Source: Verrucomicrobiota bacterium (GTDB lineage: Bacteria > Verrucomicrobiota > Verrucomicrobiia > Chthoniobacterales > JAFAMB01). Taken from it: DNA of 46,559 nt. The notes beneath the pieces are model-generated. The model was not told the DNA's origin, did no database searches, and saw nothing but the letters and a program-made list of their open reading frames with translations. The position numbers and the translations under genes were made by a program. Shown piece by piece: positions 32,974 through 42,228 of this stretch (the first letter of the stretch is position 1; the number at the start of each line of letters is the position of its first letter). The DNA is taken from positions 1 through 46,559 of the forward strand of contig JAFAUY010000332.1 in assembly GCA_019243005.1 (NCBI GenBank), read 5' to 3'.

Positions 32974-33741
32974 CTACAACCCAGGGCTGCTTTGCATGAT
33001 GCCGCCGTCGGCGAAGATGGTCGTTGCCGTGATGTAGCGCGCACCATCGCCGGCCAGAAAGGCTACCACGCTCCCAATTTCCTCCGGCTGCGCCATGCGC
33101 CCCAGCGGGATGGCCGCGTCGAGCTTTTTCATGAGCGCCGGATCTTTCATGGTTGAGAGATTAATTGGCGTCGCCACCGCGCCGGGACCCACGCCAACGA
33201 CCAGGATATTATGCGGCGCGAGTTCAACGCCGGCAGTGCGTGTGAGCATGCGCATGCCGCCCTTGGATAAACAATACGGGGTGTTGCCCGGCATCGGCCA
33301 ATCCTCGTGTACCGAACTGATGTTGATGATGCGCCCGCCGCCCCCTTGCTTGACCATTTGTTTCGCAGCGAGTTGGGTGCCGAAGAATGCGCTCTTGAGG
33401 TTGATGGCGAGCACCTTCTCGTATTGCTCTTCGGTCGTGTCGAGCACGGATGTACGCGTCTCGACGCCGGCGTTATTGACCATGATGTCGAGGCGGCCGA
33501 AACGCTGGACCGCGGCCTCGATCAGGTTTTGCAGATCGTCGACTTTGCTCACGTCGGCCTCGACGCCGATGGCTTGGTCTCCCAGGTCGGCAACCTGCTT
33601 CTCCAAAGCTTCGGTAGCCTCCGGATGCGAGACGTAGTCAATTACGATATTCGCACCTTGTTTGGCCAGTTCCAGTACGATGGCCAAACCGATCCCACTG
33701 TTTCCCCCGGTGACGATGGCGACTTTACCTTTTAAGTTCAT
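32974..33741 (-). CDS. Short-chain dehydrogenase/reductase, glucose 1-dehydrogenase-like
   Basis: MNLKGKVAIVTGGNSGIGLA ... MVNNAG ... NISSVHEDWPMPGNTPYCLSKGGMRMLTRTAGVELAPHNILVVGVGPGAVATPIN ... FADGG. An upstream ATG at 33765 is also possible. Confidence 0.9.
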   Translation of the reverse strand: MNLKGKVAIVTGGNSGIGLAIVLELAKQGANIVIDYVSHPEATEALEKQVADLGDQAIGVEADVSKVDDLQNLIEAAVQRFGRLDIMVNNAGVETRTSVLDTTEEQYEKVLAINLKSAFFGTQLAAKQMVKQGGGGRIINISSVHEDWPMPGNTPYCLSKGGMRMLTRTAGVELAPHNILVVGVGPGAVATPINLSTMKDPALMKKLDAAIPLGRMAQPEEIGSVVAFLAGDGARYITATTIFADGGIMQSSPGL

Positions 33742-33982
33742 GGTGTTCTCTTCTCGATCGTTCATGATTGAGGGGTGGTTTGGATAATGGTGTGACTGAC
33801 CGCCCGGTGCGCCGGTACCCTGATGAGGGGCTCACCAACGCGTGGCACCGGCCCGATACGCCCGCAAGGCGTTCAGTAGCACACTTTCCGGCGCAAGAAC
33901 CACCCGTGCCGTTTGCAGTTTCATCGTTCGAGCAGCACCGTTTTCCCGATCGGAAAATTGCAACCCCGCCTTCAACCCGCCT

Positions 33983-34768
33983 TCAATACAGGCGGGCGAA
34001 GAAATACGCCGTCATCAGGGCGCCGACGGCCGTCACGAAACGGCGCACCCAAGCCTGAGGCAGTCTCTGCGCGACCCACGCGCCCCCGTAGCCGCCTCCG
34101 ATCGTAGCCAAGCCCATCAACAGGCCTTGCGGCCAGAAAACTTTGCCCACCGTGATGAAAATCACTAATGCCAGCACGTTAAACGCGGTGGTCAGAATCA
34201 CTTTGAGCGCGTTAGCCAAGTGAATGTTCTCTAAGCCAAGCAGGTCGAGGACCGCCAGTTCCAGGATGCCGGCCCCCGCTCCGTAAAAACCCCCGTACAG
34301 GCCAATCACGAACTGAAGGGCGGCCGCTTTGAGCAAGGGGGTCCAGCCGATCTCACCGCCAGAAGCCTCCACCAGCCGCCAGCCCAAATGTTCGCGTAGG
34401 GTTTTACCGTACGCAAACAACAGGGTCGCAAACAGCAACAGCCAAGGCACCAGCCGGTCGAACGCCGCGCTGGAAGTGCGCAGCAGCACGAGCGCGCCCA
34501 GGCAGCCGCCGAAGAGGCTCGTCACGCCTAGCACCAGCACGGTTCGCTTCTCGGCCGCCAGGATTCTCCGGTAGGCCCAAAAGCTGGCCACCTGGCCAGG
34601 AAACACGGCAATGGTGCTGGTCTGATTGGCCACCACCGACGGTAGCCCAATGAACACCAAGGCGGGAAACGTCAGGAAGGTGCCGCCCCCCGCCACTGCA
34701 TTCATGATGCCCGCCAGAAAGCCTGCGGTGAGCAAAATCGGAGCCTCGACAAAAGAGATCGGTTGCAT
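33983..34768 (-). CDS. TauE/SafE family sulfite/anion exporter
   Basis: ILLTAGFLAGIMNAVAGGGTFLTFPALVFIGLPSVVANQTSTIAVFPG, with a second-half repeat GLYGGFYGAGAGILELAVL. ATG at 34768 preferred over 34807. Confidence 0.85.
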   Translation of the reverse strand: MQPISFVEAPILLTAGFLAGIMNAVAGGGTFLTFPALVFIGLPSVVANQTSTIAVFPGQVASFWAYRRILAAEKRTVLVLGVTSLFGGCLGALVLLRTSSAAFDRLVPWLLLFATLLFAYGKTLREHLGWRLVEASGGEIGWTPLLKAAALQFVIGLYGGFYGAGAGILELAVLDLLGLENIHLANALKVILTTAFNVLALVIFITVGKVFWPQGLLMGLATIGGGYGGAWVAQRLPQAWVRRFVTAVGALMTAYFFARLY

Positions 34769-34967
34769 ATGGGCGCAAGTGGCTGAACCGCGTACTCTTA
34801 AACTCACCAGTGCACCTCGAGCAAGCTGAGTTCGTCTGGAGAAGCCTGCAACAGAAGGAGCGTGCCGTCACTCCATAAACTTTCAAACCGCGGCAGGCCG
34901 ACGCGGGTAAGGAATAAAACGAATCTGCTGCCCGTATAGGAAGGCAGAAACACCACGGAAACTTCAT

Positions 34968-35237
34968 ATGAAAATTAACCATTACACGAGAAGTGAGCCA
35001 TACGTCCCGACCGTCAAACGGTCCGGACGACGCTTAAAGGGTGTAGATCGGCCGGTGCTGCTATTGAGCATAGCCGGCTTAACCATCGCCTTCGGAACCG
35101 GATGTTCTTCGACCGGGGGCTTCAGGGCGCACCTGACCGCTCCAGCCGCTTCCAGCAGCCAGCAGCTGAACCCGACCGGCGATGGTTGGTACCATCCGCC
35201 GGAGAGTCCCGGTGTGGCGCCATTTGGGGAGGCCTGA
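34968..35237 (+). CDS. Hypothetical small lipoprotein (weak call)
   Basis: Contains a lipoprotein-type signal PVLLLSIAGLTIAFGTGCSS. No family recognised and the start is uncertain. Confidence 0.3.
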   Translation: MKINHYTRSEPYVPTVKRSGRRLKGVDRPVLLLSIAGLTIAFGTGCSSTGGFRAHLTAPAASSSQQLNPTGDGWYHPPESPGVAPFGEA

Positions 35238-35424
35238 TGACCACAAATTCACTCGGCGGAAACGAGCGATGGTCTCAGCACGAAGACGTCACGTACGGCG
35301 GTAACATGATGAACGCCATTGCCTTGATGACGCCGGACCCCGCCAAATGGCTGCTGATTCCGGTGATCGCGCATCTACCTGGACACGGGGTGTGACATCC
35401 CGCGCTGCCTTTGTCTGGTCGCGT

Positions 35425-36705
35425 ATGCAAAAAACACAAGCCTCATCCAGCTTTTCAGCCCTGGCCAGCGGTCCCTTCTTCCGGCTGTGGGCGGCCGCCC
35501 TGGCCAGCGGCACGGCCGTCGTGGCCGACCAGACCGCGGCGCGCTGGGCGCTTAACCACCTCTCGGCCTCGGCCTTCGTGCTTTCCCTGTTGTCGAGTAC
35601 CGCAGCGATTCCTTTCCTACTCTTCACCCTGCCGGCGGGATATTTAGCCGACGCGGTCGACCGGCGACTCTTGCTGCGGGCGACCAGCATCTGGCAGGCA
35701 CTGGTGGCCGGCACGCTCGCTTTCCTGGGCTTCCGTGGCGCGCTCTCTCCAGCCGCGCTTTTGGCGGGTTCTCTCGCCTCGGGAGTGGGTTTCGCCTTCG
35801 GCGCCCCCGTCTGGACCGCGCTGATCCCGGACGTGGTCCCTGCGGAGGAGTTGCCCTCAACGGTCACCTTGGGTTCGCTGCAGATGAACCTCTCCAGCGT
35901 CATCGGCCCCGCTTTGGGCGGCTGGTTGCTTGCCGTGAGTGGTCCCCCGGTCGTCTTCAGCCTGAACGCCTTGGGCTTCCTGGGAGTGGTAGCTGCCCTG
36001 GGCCATGACCGTCATGACCGAAGCCCGGCCAAGCCTCCATCCGGTGCAGGCGACCTAGGGCGTTCGCTGGCCGAAGCGTTCCACTACGCGCTAGGCTCGG
36101 CTGCGGTGCGTGCCGTGCTGGCCCGCAACCTTCTCTTTGCGCTGTTTGTGTCGGCTATCCCAGCTTTGATGCCCGTCATCGCCCTTAAAGAGCTTCGACT
36201 TGATCCGGCGATGCTGGGGCTCCTGTTCACCTGCATGGGCACCGGCTCGGTCCTGGGCGGCCTGGCCCTGCACGGCTGGGCCCGCCGATACTTCTCGACC
36301 AACCGCCTGACGTTTGCCGGCAGTGCGCTCCTGGCAGCCATCTACCTTTGGCTGGCGCTTATCCAGCACAACCCGACTTGTTTGCTGGTGGCGGCGATGG
36401 CCGGCGCGGCCTGGACCCTGGCAGCCTCCGAGTTGTGGCTGGCTGCCCAACGGGCGATCGCCCCGTGGGCGCGGGGTCGCCTCAACGCCGCGGTGCTCAT
36501 GCTGTCACAGGGTGCCATGGGCGCAGGCGGTATCGTCTGGGGGGCGGCGGCCCAGGGATTCGGCACGCGGGCGACCCTGCTGGTCATTGGCGGGCTGTTC
36601 GTCGCCTCCTTGGCGCTCGCCCGCCGCTGGTCACTTGACCCGCTGGGCCTTCCCACGACACCGCCCTCAGAAGAAAGGTCCTTTCCCTTATGTCGGAACG
36701 TGTAA
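35425..36705 (+). CDS. MFS transporter (EntS/MFS_3-like)
   Basis: MQKTQASSSFSALASGPFFRLWAAALASGTAVVADQTAARWAL ... LPAGYLADAVDRR. About 12 hydrophobic spans. ATG at 35425 chosen over the 35347 ORF start. Confidence 0.85.
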   Translation: MQKTQASSSFSALASGPFFRLWAAALASGTAVVADQTAARWALNHLSASAFVLSLLSSTAAIPFLLFTLPAGYLADAVDRRLLLRATSIWQALVAGTLAFLGFRGALSPAALLAGSLASGVGFAFGAPVWTALIPDVVPAEELPSTVTLGSLQMNLSSVIGPALGGWLLAVSGPPVVFSLNALGFLGVVAALGHDRHDRSPAKPPSGAGDLGRSLAEAFHYALGSAAVRAVLARNLLFALFVSAIPALMPVIALKELRLDPAMLGLLFTCMGTGSVLGGLALHGWARRYFSTNRLTFAGSALLAAIYLWLALIQHNPTCLLVAAMAGAAWTLAASELWLAAQRAIAPWARGRLNAAVLMLSQGAMGAGGIVWGAAAQGFGTRATLLVIGGLFVASLALARRWSLDPLGLPTTPPSEERSFPLCRNV

Positions 36706-36779
36706 CTTTGGAAAGCGGTATATACAGAAACGCGTCCACCCTTTCCATTGCAGACGAAACCCTCTGAGGCAAGATCCCC

Positions 36780-37892
36780 ATGCGCCCGATTCTGTCCTTG
36801 TTCGTGGCTTGGTGCCTCCAGCTTTCCCTCACCTTTGCTCAGGAGGCATCCATCAAAAAGGTCGCTGATCAAAATCCGGTAGTCACCCGTGAAAGCGATT
36901 ATGTCCTTAAAGACTTTCGTTTTTCCGATGGCGGATCTTCGCCCGAACTGAAACTCCATTACCGGACAATCGGCCAGCCTGCGCGCAATCCCGCTACCGG
37001 CGAGGTTCAGAATGCCGTTCTGTTAATCCACGGCACGACCAGTACAGGAAAGATGTTCCTGACCAGGAGCTTTCAAGAGGCGATGTTCCAACCCGGCCAA
37101 CCGCTCGACTCAACCAAGTACTACCTTATCCTACCCGACGCGATCGGGCTTGGTGGTTCGAGTAAGCCCAGCGACGGGCTGCACGATCGTTTCCCGCATT
37201 ATGGCTACAAAGATATGGTTGTCGCTGAGCAGCGACTCGTTACCGAAGGCCTCGGCATCAAACACCTGCGGGCAGTGTTTGGCACCAGCATGGGCGGCAT
37301 GCACGCATGGCTTTGGGGCGAACAATACCCGACGTTAATGGACGCAATCATCCCGGTGGCTTGCCAGCCGGACAAAATTGCTGGCCGCAACCTGTTTTGG
37401 CGTCGCATCATTACCACCGCAATCCGGTCCGACCCTCAATGGAACGGCGGCGATTATCATCAACCGCCTCCATCGTTGGCGCGGGTCTATCCGGTTTTTC
37501 AGTTGATGACCAGCAACGCGGCCCGGCTTCAGAAGGAATTGACGAACGTTGAACAGGTGAACGCCTTATTGCAAAACATCGCCGAGTTTTGCCAAAGCGG
37601 CCAAATCGATGCCAATGATCTGGTGCATCGCTTGGAGGCAAGCGCCGATTACGATCCTGCTCCAGATCTGGAAAAAATCCAGGCGGCGGTGCTGGCTATC
37701 AATTTTGCCGATGACGAATTAAACCCGCCGGAACTCGGGAGCCTCGACCGCGCCAAGCAACGGGTTCGAAACGGGCAATTCGTGTTGATCCCCGGCAGCG
37801 GTGAGACTGATGGCCACATGACCCTTCTTAACGCATCCGTTTATGCCCCTTTCGTCGCCGATTTCCTGGCCAAACTTCCGGCGGCTCCTTAA
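36780..37892 (+). CDS. Secreted alpha/beta hydrolase (MetX/homoserine acetyltransferase-like fold)
   Basis: Signal peptide MRPILSLFVAWCLQLSLTFAQEA. Nucleophile elbow GTSMGGMHAW. Also NAVLLIHGTTSTG and FADDELNP...GHM. Confidence 0.85.
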   Translation: MRPILSLFVAWCLQLSLTFAQEASIKKVADQNPVVTRESDYVLKDFRFSDGGSSPELKLHYRTIGQPARNPATGEVQNAVLLIHGTTSTGKMFLTRSFQEAMFQPGQPLDSTKYYLILPDAIGLGGSSKPSDGLHDRFPHYGYKDMVVAEQRLVTEGLGIKHLRAVFGTSMGGMHAWLWGEQYPTLMDAIIPVACQPDKIAGRNLFWRRIITTAIRSDPQWNGGDYHQPPPSLARVYPVFQLMTSNAARLQKELTNVEQVNALLQNIAEFCQSGQIDANDLVHRLEASADYDPAPDLEKIQAAVLAINFADDELNPPELGSLDRAKQRVRNGQFVLIPGSGETDGHMTLLNASVYAPFVADFLAKLPAAP

Positions 37893-38032
37893 TCTTACGT
37901 TCGGGACGGCGTGCGGAAACGTGTCCTCGCGCATCGGGCGAAACGTCTCTGGCTCTCCCGATCATCGTTTGTCCTTGATCCGGTAGCCAGGGGAGCTCTC
38001 TGGTTTGCTGAGGTGCGGGCAGCAACACCGCT

Positions 38033-39001
38033 TCAGGGAATGAGGATAGGTTTCGTTTTGAGCTTGGACGCGGCAACATCTCGATAAAGGCCGGGCCCGG
38101 CTTCCAGCGGGAAGCTCTCCACCAACGGCGGCGGGATCGTGCCGGCCTCGATCCCCGGTGTGAGTTGGCCAAGAATGCCGGCGGCTTCTTCGAAGCTGAG
38201 CTTGAGCGAATCCACCCCGAGCCGCCTCGATTCATTGTGGTAGAAATCCACCAGGTTGAAGCTTACTCGGGGTTCCGGGCTTGAGCTGATCGCCACCTGG
38301 CGCCCGCGCCAGGCCAGGGCGGCGAGGCAGGGCTCAAACATCGCGCCGCCCACCACATCGAATACTACCTGCGCTCCGCGCCTGTCGGTCAGGTTTCGCA
38401 CCCCCGCCCCGAGCGCGGTGGTTTCAAGGTTAATCCACTCGTCGACGGGAACGGCGCCGGGTCCGGGCAGGTCGGCTGCTTTTCTGACGGTGCCGATCAC
38501 CCGAGCGCCGAGTTGATGGGCGATGTAGGCCGCCGCCCGCCCGACGGCGCCCGTCGTTCCAAGGATCAATACCGTTTCACCGAGTTGGAGGCGCGCGGCA
38601 TTGACGAGCGCCGCCCAGGCGGTCACGTGGGGGATACCGATGCCGGCTGCTTGCTCGAAACTCAAGTTCTTCGGCATCGGCCGCCCCGCGTTGGCCGGCA
38701 CGGCCAGATATTCCGCGTGGCTGCCGTCGCGTCCAAAGCCGAGATTGCCGCCTGAGCCAAAGACGGCTTGACCCGACCGCTCGCCCGCGTCGTCTACGAG
38801 CACGCCGGCGAAGTCGCGGCCCGGTGTGCGGGGCAGAGTGGTTTCATGCATTTTACCCAGCACGTTTTTGATGTCGCTGGGGTTGATGGCTGCCGCCTTG
38901 ATCTGTACCAGTACTTCGCCCGGCGCCGGCATTGGGATCGGCACGTCTCGGACGCTCAGCTCATCCAGAGAGCCGGTTTTCTCGAATCTTAACGCGCGCA
39001 T
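38033..39001 (-). CDS. Medium-chain (zinc-type) dehydrogenase family, quinone oxidoreductase-like
   Basis: MRALRFEKTGSLDELSVRDVPIPMPAPGEVLVQIKAAAINPSDIK ... ETVLILGTTGAVGRAAAYIAHQLGARVIGTV. Confidence 0.9.
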   Translation of the reverse strand: MRALRFEKTGSLDELSVRDVPIPMPAPGEVLVQIKAAAINPSDIKNVLGKMHETTLPRTPGRDFAGVLVDDAGERSGQAVFGSGGNLGFGRDGSHAEYLAVPANAGRPMPKNLSFEQAAGIGIPHVTAWAALVNAARLQLGETVLILGTTGAVGRAAAYIAHQLGARVIGTVRKAADLPGPGAVPVDEWINLETTALGAGVRNLTDRRGAQVVFDVVGGAMFEPCLAALAWRGRQVAISSSPEPRVSFNLVDFYHNESRRLGVDSLKLSFEEAAGILGQLTPGIEAGTIPPPLVESFPLEAGPGLYRDVAASKLKTKPILIP

Positions 39002-39326
39002 AGGATTGGAGGGATTTGCAGGAGGGATCGATGCTTAACACTTTACCTCAAATCGGCGTAAAACCAGTCGACGTATATTAGAGTCGCTTGGTCCGAAACC
39101 GGGAAGCGATCCCAACGGCGATGGTAGTGGTCAGTTGGGTAATTCGTCGGAGCAATGGTTGTCCTGGCCGGCTCACTGCCGGCAGGCCAGTGACACCGGG
39201 CAGCCAGGTAGACGCAGCCCATTGCTTACCGGGTGTTCGTGGCTCTTCACCGAAGCGGCGGCAGAACTGATTTAGCGCCAAGTGACAACCGTCTCGGTGG
39301 CCCGTAATGTGCTGCAGGATTCCGAT

Positions 39327-39488
39327 ATGGCGCTTCCCGCACAGACTCACGGCTTTTTGATCGATCTTGACGGCACCGTGCTGGACGGGCCGGATCTGGT
39401 TTCGGGCGTTCCGGAAGCGTTGGCCTTTCTGGCGGCCAGGAGCGTACCTTACCGTCTCGTCACCAATACGACCAGCAAATGCGAATAA
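39327..39488 (+). pseudogene. N-terminal 53-aa remnant of a HAD-IIA (NagD-like) phosphatase
   Basis: MALPAQTHGFLIDLDGTVLDGPDLVSGVPEALAFLAARSVPYRLVTNTTSK carries HAD motif I (DLDGT) and the TNTT block, then stops. Full-length family members are about 250 aa. Confidence 0.6.
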
Positions 39489-39997
39489 AGCCGGGCTTGA
39501 CGATTGCCACCGGTGGATTTCTGGGAGGCGTGGTCGCAACCGTTGCGCTACTCAGAATCCCGGTAAAGCGTGTCTTTTCGTCAATTCTCCATCCGCGCAT
39601 GCGCACCCCTGCCGGACCGGAGATCAAGCAGGTACTTGCGGTCGAGGCGATGCGCGTCCAAGCGTTGCTTGATGCCGATATTGCGGTTCTCGATCAGATC
39701 ACGGCTCAGGACTATGTTCATGTTGAGAGCAATGGCCGTCGTCGTTCGAAAACGGAGTTTCTGGATGGCCTCGCGCGTTCCGAATATCGGTTCGAAAGCT
39801 TCGTCATAGACGAGAACCGCGTCCGGATCGTCGGACCGGTGGCGATCGTCACGGGTCGCTATCACAATGACATTCGTACCCGCGACGGCTTGCAACCCAC
39901 CAAGTATGCACGGCACATTCGCGTTTACGTGAAGGATGGCGGCCGATGGCGAAACATCGCGCACCAGGCGACGCAGATTCCGCCTCACGCGCCTTAA
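39479..39997 (+). CDS. DUF4440 / NTF2-like (SnoaL-like) protein, possibly with N-terminal membrane anchor
   Basis: EIKQVLAVEAMRVQALLDADIAVLDQITAQDYVHVESNGRRRSKTEFLDGLARSEYRFESF ... IVTGRYHNDIRTRDG ... YVKDGGRWRNIAHQATQI. N-terminal hydrophobic stretch GLTIATGGFLGGVVATVALL. Alternative start at 39599. Confidence 0.8.
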   Translation: MRIKPGLTIATGGFLGGVVATVALLRIPVKRVFSSILHPRMRTPAGPEIKQVLAVEAMRVQALLDADIAVLDQITAQDYVHVESNGRRRSKTEFLDGLARSEYRFESFVIDENRVRIVGPVAIVTGRYHNDIRTRDGLQPTKYARHIRVYVKDGGRWRNIAHQATQIPPHAP

Positions 39998-40235
39998 CCG
40001 CCTTCAAGAGTCCGGAAGAGGAGACCGACGCCGGGTGTTGGAAGCAACCGCAAAGCATGCCCTCAATCAGCGATCAGTAACTCTCGCCGAAATGAGAGGC
40101 GGCGGCCGCTTTCACCAGGTGATCGAAGGTGCCTTGGCGGGCAAAATAAAGTTATTTCCACGAGGCATCTTGGTAAACCGCTGACTGCGCTGCGGCACAG
40201 AGGTCGCCTCCGCGGGCATCGTCCTCAGGCATCAG

Positions 40236-40676
40236 CTACCACTTCCGCAGCGGCTCCGAGAGCCGCGACCCGAGCGAATAAGCGCCGGCACCGGTAATGA
40301 GCAGCGCAAGGGCAATCAGCAGTTGCGTAAGCGCGTACTCGGTGCCGCCTTTGGTCACATCAAAACCGTGCGGCAGGTGCACCAGGAAGATGGCCCCGAG
40401 CATGACGACAATGATGCATACCGCCCCAAGGCGAATCAGCACGCCGCTCAGGATTGCCAGCCCGCCGGCAAAGTGCGCCAATCCAACCAGGTAGCCGACC
40501 ACGTCCGGCATGTGCATGAATGCGGCAAACCGCTGAGGGCCGGGGCCTCCAAAGGCGCCAAAGAGGATCGCGCTGCCGTGGTAGAGAAACGCGAGGGCGC
40601 TGGCGATTCGCAGGATCAACAGCGCGGCGTTGACCTGCGCTGGCCTGGGCGTGTCGGTCGGGGTTAGCGAGTCCAT
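40236..40676 (-). CDS. DoxX family membrane protein
   Basis: ALLILRIASALAFLYHGSAILFG ... GYLVGLAHFAGGLAILSGVLIRLGAVCIIVVMLGAIFLVHLPHGF. Confidence 0.85.
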   Translation of the reverse strand: MDSLTPTDTPRPAQVNAALLILRIASALAFLYHGSAILFGAFGGPGPQRFAAFMHMPDVVGYLVGLAHFAGGLAILSGVLIRLGAVCIIVVMLGAIFLVHLPHGFDVTKGGTEYALTQLLIALALLITGAGAYSLGSRLSEPLRKW

Positions 40677-40940
40677 TTCTCAGGCTTCTTAGCCCTCAAC
40701 CCTCCTGTTTGCCAGCGATCTTTCGTGGCGTCTTGGCCGAGCACCGGCCTTTAGCGCCGTTTCGATCGACGCCGGAGGTGCGCAGCCTTTTGGCCCTTGG
40801 GACGGAGAAGGGACCCGCGGCGCGATTCTTCTTTCCCTACCCAAGCCTCTAGCTTATAGGTCATTGGCTGATGGGGTTGTGCCCTCTTTCCTTGAAGAAA
40901 ACGCATCCTCGCCAATGACTCGTACCCGATCCTCAACCCG

Positions 40941-41852
40941 GTGGAGTTGCGCTTTATGAGCAGCGAAACCGGCTTTCCAGAAAAAATCGGCGGCATCGGC
41001 CACCTGCGCGAGCCCTTTCGGACCGCGTTCAGAAGTGAGATCGGTCAGGGCGAACCGGTCAAGGCTTTGATCTACAGCCCCCCGTTCTCGACGGCCTCCT
41101 TTAAAGCGGCGGCCTCCGTAATGGCGGTCACGGCCGACCGGTGGGTGATCGCTTGGGAACAGGACCGGCAGTTCCGGATGGAAGCCGCGGATTTTTCGGA
41201 CACCCTGCTCATCGAATTGACCATCATCCTTTTGTACGGGCAGCTCAAAGTGGATTTTGTGAAAGAGGGGACGCCCGTGTCGGTCGCCGTTTACTTCAAC
41301 ACGGTGAAGGAAAAGTACTACCAGGAGGCAATGGAGTCGCTGCTTGCCGGAATCGCGACCGAGTCCAAGGCAAGAAGGCAGGCCGGGGAGATAAACGCGC
41401 GGGTAATCAGGGACTGGCCCCTGAAGTTTCGTAACGTGGCGTTGATGTACTCACCCGCTGGACGGCAACTGATTGCCGGGTTGTATTGGGACGCGCTCTA
41501 CGGGAGCGGCAACCGTGAAATCTTCCCCGCTTGCGCTCTCTTGCGCACGGAAAAAGAGTTGCTTTTGATTACGGAGGAAAAGCTGTCCGGCCGGTTTCAT
41601 TTGCATCGTGATCAGAAACTGGGCGAGATCATCACGTACGTTCCGCTGGCGCATTTAGCCGGCTACCGCATCCTCGAACGCCCACGGGTGGACACCCTTT
41701 CGCTTCTGGTCCACGCCGGTTACGGCGGAGAAACCCTCGACATCGCGTTTCCGAAAGAACAGCGCGCGCGGGTACTCGACTTGATGCGGTCGATCATGCG
41801 CGCCTCGCCGTTGTCCGCCCGGGCTGCGGATGCTGATGGGTCGATCCGGTAG
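40941..41852 (+). CDS. Hypothetical protein, no family recognised
   Basis: 303-aa ORF with balanced, protein-like composition. There is weak internal similarity between halves (KALIYSPPF... versus VALMYSPAG...). GTG at 40941 or ATG at 40956. Confidence 0.6.
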   Translation: MELRFMSSETGFPEKIGGIGHLREPFRTAFRSEIGQGEPVKALIYSPPFSTASFKAAASVMAVTADRWVIAWEQDRQFRMEAADFSDTLLIELTIILLYGQLKVDFVKEGTPVSVAVYFNTVKEKYYQEAMESLLAGIATESKARRQAGEINARVIRDWPLKFRNVALMYSPAGRQLIAGLYWDALYGSGNREIFPACALLRTEKELLLITEEKLSGRFHLHRDQKLGEIITYVPLAHLAGYRILERPRVDTLSLLVHAGYGGETLDIAFPKEQRARVLDLMRSIMRASPLSARAADADGSIR

Positions 41853-42018
41853 GCCTGTCTTTCCTCCCTGCGGCTGAAGCCCTGAGTTTTACCCACCGCC
41901 GTAACAGGCACACCGGGCAGTCCACGGGGTCGACTCCCACGTCGTAGGGCGTGCCGCAGGCTGGACAGCAAGGCGACTCTGCGCCCGGGCCAGCTGCAGC
42001 GGGTACGTCGGATTCCAT
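41794..42018 (-). pseudogene. Short Zn-ribbon ORF resembling the N-terminus of Ser/Thr kinase or anti-sigma-type proteins; probable relic
   Basis: MESDVPAAAGPGAESPCCPACGTPYDVGVDPVDCPVCLLRR has the CPxCG-x(n)-CPxCLL motif. It is followed by Arg/Pro/Gly-rich sequence and overlaps the 3' end of the convergent 40941..41852 gene by 59 nt. Confidence 0.3.
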
Positions 42019-42228
42019 CAGCGAGAAAAATGCGGCAACCCGCCTTATAGCAGTTTTGGTGCAAGCTGAAAACACTCGGCTGGTCGGTGCGCCAAGCGAA
42101 AACGCAGGTCTGAACCGGTACCAAAAAGTTGCAACTTTTCCATTCCATCCCAGTGCGCGGCGCTTTTTATGACGCTTGCAACAGAACCTCATTTTTTCCC
42201 GTTGTATATGCTGGTCGAGTCAGAAAAC

